From Sphingomonas sp. (lineage in GTDB: Bacteria > Pseudomonadota > Alphaproteobacteria > Sphingomonadales > Sphingomonadaceae), in the NCBI GenBank assembly GCA_035714425.1, contig DASTLZ010000160.1:1-35893 (forward strand): a DNA stretch of 35,893 bases. The letters run 5' to 3'. The translations under genes and the position numbers were made by a program. Of the stretch, positions 29,784 through 35,893 are shown in pieces. Under the pieces are notes generated by a model. It saw only the letters and a list, made by a program, of their open reading frames with translations, searched no databases and was not told the DNA's origin. Position 1 is the first letter of the stretch. Each line of letters opens with the position of its first letter.

Positions 29784-31172
29784 ATGGTTCGCCTGTTCAA
29801 GCACTATGTTCCGCACGCCGTATTGCTGCTCGGCTTCGTCGACGTGCTGCTGCTGATCGCCTCGGCGGAAATCGGCTGGGTCGTGCGCGCGCATCAGATC
29901 GGCATGCCCGTCGGCACTTTTCTGGACCGCATGCCGCAATTGCTCAGCTTCGCACTGGCGCTGCAACTCGCGCTGGTGGCGGTGGGGGCCTATGGCGCCG
30001 CGTCGTTCCTGTCGCTGCGCTTTGCCGCGGCGCGGCTGGCGGTGGCGATCGCGCTGGGCGTGATCTTCCTGTCGGTCCTGTATTTCATGATCCCCGCCCT
30101 GTCGCTGTGGCGGTCCAACCTGTTGTTCGCGATGATATCCGCTGCGATGCTGCTGGTGACGGTGCGCGCGCTGCTCGGCCGCACCCTGGGGAGCGATCGG
30201 TTCAAGCGACGGGTGGTGGTGCTGGGCGCCGGTACGCGGGCGGACCGGATTCGCACGCTGGCTCAGCAACCCGGAATCAACTTCATCGCCGCGGGCTTCG
30301 TCGCGATGGACGGCGCGCCGCCGCTGGTGCGCAATGCCGTACCCCGGGCCGCGATCGACAATCTGGCGGCGCATGTCGTCGCCCTTGACGCCAGCGAAGT
30401 CGTGCTCGCGCTGGAGGAGCGACGAAACGCCTTGCCGCTTCAGGACTTGCTGCGCGTGCGCACCACCGGCGTGCGGGTCTGCGACCTGTCGACGTTTCTG
30501 GAGCGAGAGACCGGCCGCGTCGATCTGAACAGCGCCAGCCCGTCCTGGCTGTTCTTCTCCGACGGGTTCGCCGCCGGCCGCCTGGTGTCGAGCGGTGCGA
30601 AGCGTGCGTTCGACATCGTCGCCAGCCTGCTGCTGCTGCTGCTGACGCTGCCCGTGGTCATCTCCACCGCCATCGCGATCAAGCTGGAATCGCCCGGCCC
30701 GGCTTTCTATCGCCAGCGCCGCGTCGGCCTGAACGGCCTGGGGTTCGACATCGTCAAGTTGCGCTCGATGCGCGACGATGCCGAAGTGGCGGGCACCGCC
30801 GTCTGGGCCGCCGAGGACGATCCGCGCATCACCCGTATCGGCCGGCTGATCCGCAAGGTCCGCATCGACGAGCTGCCGCAATGCTGGACGGTGCTGAAGG
30901 GGGAGATGAGCTTCGTCGGCCCGCGTCCGGAACGCCCCCAATTCGTCCAGCAGCTGGAAGATCACGTGCCCTATTACGCCGAACGCCATGTGGTGAAACC
31001 GGGCATCACGGGCTGGGCGCAGATCAACTATCCTTATGGTGCGTCGATCGAGGATGCGCGGCACAAGCTGGAATACGATCTGTACTACGCCAAGAACTAT
31101 TCGCCCTTCCTCGATCTGCTGATCCTGCTCCAGACCCTGCGCGTGGTGCTCTGGCCCCGGGGCGCGCGTTAG
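29784..31172 (+). CDS. PEP-CTERM/XrtA-system polyprenyl glycosylphosphotransferase (priming sugar transferase)
   Basis: MVRLFKHYVP N-terminus, four TM helices, KRAFD, KLRSM, RIDELPQ, GEMSFVGPRPERP, KPGITGWAQ; upstream of prsK/prsR. Confidence 0.92.
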   Translation: MVRLFKHYVPHAVLLLGFVDVLLLIASAEIGWVVRAHQIGMPVGTFLDRMPQLLSFALALQLALVAVGAYGAASFLSLRFAAARLAVAIALGVIFLSVLYFMIPALSLWRSNLLFAMISAAMLLVTVRALLGRTLGSDRFKRRVVVLGAGTRADRIRTLAQQPGINFIAAGFVAMDGAPPLVRNAVPRAAIDNLAAHVVALDASEVVLALEERRNALPLQDLLRVRTTGVRVCDLSTFLERETGRVDLNSASPSWLFFSDGFAAGRLVSSGAKRAFDIVASLLLLLLTLPVVISTAIAIKLESPGPAFYRQRRVGLNGLGFDIVKLRSMRDDAEVAGTAVWAAEDDPRITRIGRLIRKVRIDELPQCWTVLKGEMSFVGPRPERPQFVQQLEDHVPYYAERHVVKPGITGWAQINYPYGASIEDARHKLEYDLYYAKNYSPFLDLLILLQTLRVVLWPRGAR

Positions 31173-31183
31173 GTCCGCCGCTC

Positions 31184-33190
31184 ATGCTGATCCTATGGGG
31201 CAATGCGCTGGCGGCGCTGATCTTCGGCATCCTGACGCTGCGTCAGGCCTCGGTTAAGGGGCGGCGCGTGCTGGCCGCGGCGCTCGCTGCCAGCGGCCTG
31301 TGGGCGCTCGCCGCCGCGGGCAACGGCCCCGGCGACGCCGGCACCGCGTTGGCCGAAGCCGTCCGCGATATCGCCTGGCTCTGCGCCATGCTGCTCTTCG
31401 TGCGCGCATCGGGCGTCGCCGGCGTCGCCGTCGGTGCGGTGTATGCCGCCGTTGCCACGATCGCGCTGCTGTCGGCGTCGCTGGCGATCGCCAGCGTCCT
31501 GCCGATCGCGCAGGGGGCAGGCTTCCTTGCGGTCCGCGCGCTGCTGCGCATGTTGGCCGCGGCGGGAGCGCTGCTGCTCGTCCACAACGCGTTGGCCGCG
31601 GCGCGGGTCAGCGGGGCGGACCGCGCGCATTTGGTCGGTGTGGCGCTCGCGGTGATGTGGGGCGTGGATCTGGCCGCCTTCGGCGCTATCTACGCTGGCG
31701 CGATCGGCCCCGCCGGCCTTGTCGCGCTGCGCTGCATTGGTTCGCTCGCCAGCGCCGGGATCGTCGTGCTCGCCAGCCAGCGCCGTGATGCGCGCCGCGT
31801 CGTTCTGTCGCGCACCATCGCGGTGCGATCGTTGTCGGCCGCCGCGCTGGGGGGCTACACCGCGCTGCTCGCGTTGCTGACCAGCATGGCCGGTGCGTTC
31901 GGTGGCGCCCATGCCCGCCCTGCACAGACCGCCATCGTCATCGGCGGCACCGTCGCTTTGCTCACGATCGTATCGAGCAAATGGCTGCGCGCCTGGACGA
32001 AGGTGAAGCTGGCCAAACATCTGTTCAGCCACCGCTACGATTACCGCATCGAATGGCGCCGCTTCACCGACACGCTGGGCCATCCCGCACCCGACGCCGC
32101 CCCGCTGGCGACGCGCGTGGTGAAGGCCATTGCCGACCTCACCGATTCCCCCGCCGGCCTGCTACTGATCGCGCAGGGCCAGCGGCTGGACGCCGGCCCC
32201 GCGTGGCAATGGGAAAGCGCGACCGACGAGGGCGACGATAACGGCTTCGGCGCGTATCTCGCGCAATCGGGCCGTATCGTCGAACTCGATGCGGTGCGCC
32301 GCTCCGCCGATCCGCCGCCGGTCCCGCGCTGGCTGATCGAGCGCGCGGACGCCTGGGCCGTCGTGCCGTTGGCGCAGGGAGATCGCTTCGCCGGCGCGGT
32401 CGTGCTCGCGCGCCCGCCCGTCGACCGCGCGCTCGACTGGGAGGATCTGGACCTGCTCCGCCTCGCCGCAACGCAGGCGGCCGGCTATCTGGCGGAGGAC
32501 CGCGCCCATGCCGCACTCGCGGAGGCGCAGCGCTTCGACGAATTCAGCCGCCGTTTCGCCTTCCTGATGCACGACATCAAGAATCTCGCGAGCCAGCTGG
32601 CGCTCACCGCGCGCAATGCCGAACGCCACGCCGCCAATCCCGATTTCCGCGCGGACATGGTCGCCACGCTGAAGGAATCGTCCGATCGCATGGCGACCCT
32701 GCTCGCCCGCCTTGCGCCGCAGGATAGCGCCCGGCCCGAACTGCTCGGCCCGGTCGATGCCGCCGCGCTGCTCCGCCGCATCGCCCAGGGCCGCCGTGCG
32801 CAGCATCCCGTCGTCGCCGATGCCACAGCCGGCCTGCTCGCCGTGGCACATGCCGGGCGGCTCCAACAGGTGCTCGGCCACCTCGTCCAGAACGCGATCG
32901 ACGCCAGCGCGCCCGATGCGCCCGTCCACCTGTCTGCCCTCGCGGACGGCGCGCAGGTCGCGATCACGGTCGCCGACGCCGGCGCCGGCATGTCCGCCGG
33001 GTTCGTCCGCGATCAGCTGTTCCGCCCGTTCGTGTCGACCAAGGCGGGCGGCTTCGGCATCGGCGCGTTCGAAGCGCGTCAACTCGTCACCACAATGGGC
33101 GGAACTTTGTCGGTCACCAGCCGCGAAGGCGAGGGCAGCTGCTTTCGCATCCTCTTGCCCGCCGCAGCCATGATGGAAGCCGCGGCGTGA
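31184..33190 (+). CDS. prsK: PEP-CTERM system histidine kinase PrsK
   Basis: Multi-TM N-terminus, KHLFSHRYDYRIEW, GAF-like region, H-box AFLMHDIKN, N-box HLVQNAIDA, D-x-GAGM, FRPFVSTK, GFGIGAF. Confidence 0.9.
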   Translation: MLILWGNALAALIFGILTLRQASVKGRRVLAAALAASGLWALAAAGNGPGDAGTALAEAVRDIAWLCAMLLFVRASGVAGVAVGAVYAAVATIALLSASLAIASVLPIAQGAGFLAVRALLRMLAAAGALLLVHNALAAARVSGADRAHLVGVALAVMWGVDLAAFGAIYAGAIGPAGLVALRCIGSLASAGIVVLASQRRDARRVVLSRTIAVRSLSAAALGGYTALLALLTSMAGAFGGAHARPAQTAIVIGGTVALLTIVSSKWLRAWTKVKLAKHLFSHRYDYRIEWRRFTDTLGHPAPDAAPLATRVVKAIADLTDSPAGLLLIAQGQRLDAGPAWQWESATDEGDDNGFGAYLAQSGRIVELDAVRRSADPPPVPRWLIERADAWAVVPLAQGDRFAGAVVLARPPVDRALDWEDLDLLRLAATQAAGYLAEDRAHAALAEAQRFDEFSRRFAFLMHDIKNLASQLALTARNAERHAANPDFRADMVATLKESSDRMATLLARLAPQDSARPELLGPVDAAALLRRIAQGRRAQHPVVADATAGLLAVAHAGRLQQVLGHLVQNAIDASAPDAPVHLSALADGAQVAITVADAGAGMSAGFVRDQLFRPFVSTKAGGFGIGAFEARQLVTTMGGTLSVTSREGEGSCFRILLPAAAMMEAAA

Positions 33191-34542
33191 GCGCGCGGCC
33201 TGTCCTGCTGGTGATCGAGGACGATGTCGGGCTGCAACGCCAATTGCGCTGGGCGTATGAGGGCTATGAGGTCGTGATCGCCGGCGATCGCGCCGCCGCG
33301 ATCGACGCGCTGCGCCTGCACGAACCCCCCGTCGTCACCCTCGATCTGGGTCTGCCCCCAGACGCGGACGGCACCTCCGAAGGGTTTGCGACACTCGCCG
33401 ACATCCTCGCGCTTGCCCCGCATACCAAGGTGATCGTCGCATCCGGCCATGCCGCGCGCGACAGTGCGTTGCGCGCAGTGGGGCAGGGGGCGTGGGATTT
33501 CTACGCCAAGCCGATCGACATCGACGCACTCGGCCTGATCGTGTCGCGCGCTTTCCACGTCCATGCGCTGGAAGCGGAAAACCGTCGGCTGGTGGCGGGG
33601 CAGGGGACGACCGGCTTCGGCAGCATGATCTATGCCGCGCCCGAAATGGCCACATGCATCCGCACCCTGGAACGCGTCGCGCCCACCGACGTGTCGGTGA
33701 TGCTGCTGGGCGCGAGCGGCACGGGCAAGGAATTGCTGGCGCGCGGCCTGCACGACGCCTCGCCGCGCCGGGGGGGCGCGTTCGTCGCGATCAATTGTGC
33801 GGCAATCCCCGAAAACCTGCTCGAAAGCGAGCTGTTCGGGCATGAGAAAGGCGCGTTCACTGGTGCCGTGAAGACGACCGAGGGCAAGATCGAACAGGCG
33901 CAGGGCGGTACGTTGTTCCTTGACGAGATCGGCGACGTGCCGCTGACGTTGCAGGTCAAATTGCTCCGCTTTCTTCAGGAACGCGTGATAGAGCGCGTGG
34001 GCGGGCGCAAGGCGATTTCCGTCGACACCCGTATCGTCTGCGCCACCCATCAGAATATCGACGCGATGGTCGCCGCCGCGACGTTTCGCGAAGACCTGTA
34101 TTACCGCCTCGCAGAAATTGTCGTGCGCATACCCGCGCTGGCGCAGCGCAGCGGCGACGCTGCGTTGCTCGCGCGTGCGTTCGTGCTGCGCCACGCAAAG
34201 GTGCTGAATCCCGCGATCGTCGGCCTGTCGGCGGACGCACACGCCGCGGTCGATGGCTATAGCTGGCCCGGCAACGTCCGCGAACTGGAAATCCGGATCA
34301 AGCGCGCCGTTATCATGGCGGAGGGGCGCCACGTCAACGCCGCCGACCTCGATCTGGTGGCGGACGGTGCCGATACCCCGGCCGACCTGAACCTGCGCCA
34401 GATCCGCGAAGCCGCCGACCGCCGCGCCATCGGCCGCGCCGTCGCCCGCGCCGACGGCAACATCTCCGCCGCCGCCCGCCTCCTCGGCATCAGCCGCCCG
34501 ACGCTCTACGATCTGCTGAAGACCTATGGTCTCCAACCCTGA
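33187..34542 (+). CDS. prsR: Sigma54-dependent response regulator PrsR
   Basis: Receiver domain (EDD, LDLGLPP), GASGTGKE, GAFTGA, WPGNVREL, Fis-type HTH; GTGA overlap with prsK. Confidence 0.93.
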   Translation: MSARPVLLVIEDDVGLQRQLRWAYEGYEVVIAGDRAAAIDALRLHEPPVVTLDLGLPPDADGTSEGFATLADILALAPHTKVIVASGHAARDSALRAVGQGAWDFYAKPIDIDALGLIVSRAFHVHALEAENRRLVAGQGTTGFGSMIYAAPEMATCIRTLERVAPTDVSVMLLGASGTGKELLARGLHDASPRRGGAFVAINCAAIPENLLESELFGHEKGAFTGAVKTTEGKIEQAQGGTLFLDEIGDVPLTLQVKLLRFLQERVIERVGGRKAISVDTRIVCATHQNIDAMVAAATFREDLYYRLAEIVVRIPALAQRSGDAALLARAFVLRHAKVLNPAIVGLSADAHAAVDGYSWPGNVRELEIRIKRAVIMAEGRHVNAADLDLVADGADTPADLNLRQIREAADRRAIGRAVARADGNISAAARLLGISRPTLYDLLKTYGLQP

Positions 34543-34570
34543 GCCCCGCTGCGGTCACTTCACCATAACA

Positions 34571-34657
34571 CGTACCCGGCGAAGGCGGGGGCCCAGTTGC
34601 GAAACGCTGTGGGGTGGTCACGCCGCGTGCCCGATCCCGGCGACCCGCGGATGACGG
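34571..34657. repeat. Degenerate family B element between prsR and the TPR gene
   Basis: CCCGGCGAAGGCGGGGGCCCAGTTGCGAAA closely resembles CCCGGCGAAGGCCGGGGCCCGGCTGGGAAA at 20371; the right end is decayed (GATCCCGGC...GGATGACGG). Confidence 0.65.
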
Positions 34658-34668
34658 CTGGCTACCCC

Positions 34669-35893
34669 ATGCTCCACAAGCAGCGCCGGCGCGCCGCGAG
34701 CCTGCGTCCAACCAGCCGCACCCTCGCGCTGGCGCTGCTCGCCATCCTCATCCTCGCCGCCCTTTACGCCCTCACCCGCGGCTCCCCCCCGCCGGACCCG
34801 CCCGGCCTCATCGCAGAGGCGCGTAAGGCGCTGGCCGCCGGCCATTACAGCGCAGCCCGGCAAAAGGCGCAGGCCGCCGTTACCGCCGCCCCGCGCGCCG
34901 CCGCCGCCCATGTCCTGCTCGCCCGCGCCGATCTGATGCTCGACGATGGACTGGCCGCGGAGGCCGAACTGGATCGCGCCGCTCGCCTCGGGGCCCCCGC
35001 TGCGGCGCTGCACACCCTGCGCGCCAACGCGCTGCTGTTGCAGGGAGACACGGACGGCGCCTCGGGTGAAGTCGCGCGCGCCAGTCCCCGAAGCGTCTCC
35101 GCTGCCCGGGTCCGCGCACGCGTGCTGGCCGCGCGGGGCGATCCCGCCGCCGCGGACCGCGCCCTCACTGCCATCGTCGCGGCCGTGCCAACGGATGGCG
35201 CCGCCTGGACCGACCTCGCGCGCTTGCGATTGACCGCTGGCGATGTCGCCGGCGCGGCACAGGCCGGCGCGCGCGCGGTCGCTTCCGCCCGCCACGACCC
35301 CGCCGCGCTCACCTTGGGCGGAGAGATCGTCCGCCTCCGCTTCGGGCTCGTCGCCGCCTTGCCGTGGTTCCGCGCCGCTCTGGCCCGCGATCCCGCCTAT
35401 CATCCCGCACTGATCGAATATGCTGCGAGCTTAGGCGATCTTGGCCGCGGCGCGGCCATGCTCGCCGCCACCCGCTACGCAATGGCCGCTCGCCCGGGCA
35501 GCCCGCAGGCGCTGTATCTGCAAGCCGTCATGGCCGCACGAGCAGGGCGCCTCGATCTCGCGCGGCGCTTGCTTCAGCGGACCGGCGGCGCGATCGACGG
35601 CATGCCCGGCGTCATGCTGCTGTCCGGCTCGCTCGATTTCGCCCGCGGTGATTACGATCAGGCGACCGTGACATGGCGCCGCCTGGTCGCCGCACAGCCG
35701 CGCAACCTGGCCGCACGCCGCCTGCTCGGCACCGCCATCCTGCGCGCCGGCGATCCGCAAGGCGCGCTCGACACGCTGGCGCCGATCGTCGCCCGCGCGG
35801 ACGCCGACAGCTACACCCTGCGCATCGCGGCCCGCGCGAGCGAGCGGACCGGCGACCGCCCCACAGCCGCGACCTTGCTCGATCGCGCCGCGC
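34669..35893 (+). CDS. Tetratricopeptide-repeat protein (PrsT-like), 3'-truncated by the window edge; alternative start 34651
   Basis: Hand translation: MLHKQRRRAASLRPTSRTLALALLAILILAALYALTRG...ARKALAAGHYSAAR...AHVLLARADLMLDDGLAAEAELDRAARLG; Ala-rich TPR-like helices, follows prsR. Absent from the ORF track, presumably because it runs off the window end without a stop. Confidence 0.82.
   Translation, partial: MLHKQRRRAASLRPTSRTLALALLAILILAALYALTRGSPPPDPPGLIAEARKALAAGHYSAARQKAQAAVTAAPRAAAAHVLLARADLMLDDGLAAEAELDRAARLGAPAAALHTLRANALLLQGDTDGASGEVARASPRSVSAARVRARVLAARGDPAAADRALTAIVAAVPTDGAAWTDLARLRLTAGDVAGAAQAGARAVASARHDPAALTLGGEIVRLRFGLVAALPWFRAALARDPAYHPALIEYAASLGDLGRGAAMLAATRYAMAARPGSPQALYLQAVMAARAGRLDLARRLLQRTGGAIDGMPGVMLLSGSLDFARGDYDQATVTWRRLVAAQPRNLAARRLLGTAILRAGDPQGALDTLAPIVARADADSYTLRIAARASERTGDRPTAATLLDRAA

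Noticed and set aside
29784-35893. PEP-CTERM regulatory cluster as a novel system
   Set aside because: Sugar transferase-prsK-prsR-TPR is an established arrangement.

Overview
A GC-rich alphaproteobacterial chromosome segment; gene order and protein style suggest Sphingomonas or a relative (inference). In order: the 3' part of a glycogen operon (glgC partial, glgA, pgm, glgX) coupled to a secreted trehalase; a DUF2332 gene and a chemoreceptor on the minus strand; a TMEM175-type channel; a small hypothetical gene; uvrA with an alphaproteobacterial LexA box; manC; a PQQ-dependent sugar dehydrogenase lipoprotein; the rimP-nusA-tautomerase-DUF448-infB-rbfA-(AbrB/VapC)-tdk-truB-rpsO-pnp cluster; and a PEP-CTERM/XrtA regulatory cluster (sugar transferase, prsK, prsR, partial TPR gene). 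The main unexplained signal is two families of short palindromic elements that enter protein-coding sequence. Family A (TCCTCCCC...GGGGAGGA) has three copies. One is intergenic and supplies the glgA ribosome-binding site. The other two are both 128 bp and sit in frame inside glgX and truB, each within a 44-residue Gly/Pro-rich segment running from HSxP to AGEE. Family B (CCCCGGCGAAGGCCGGGG-type) also has three copies, one of which appears to have entered and split the 5' end of the DUF448 gene. No mobilising enzyme is encoded in the window. Family names were assigned from recognised motifs, not from database searches.
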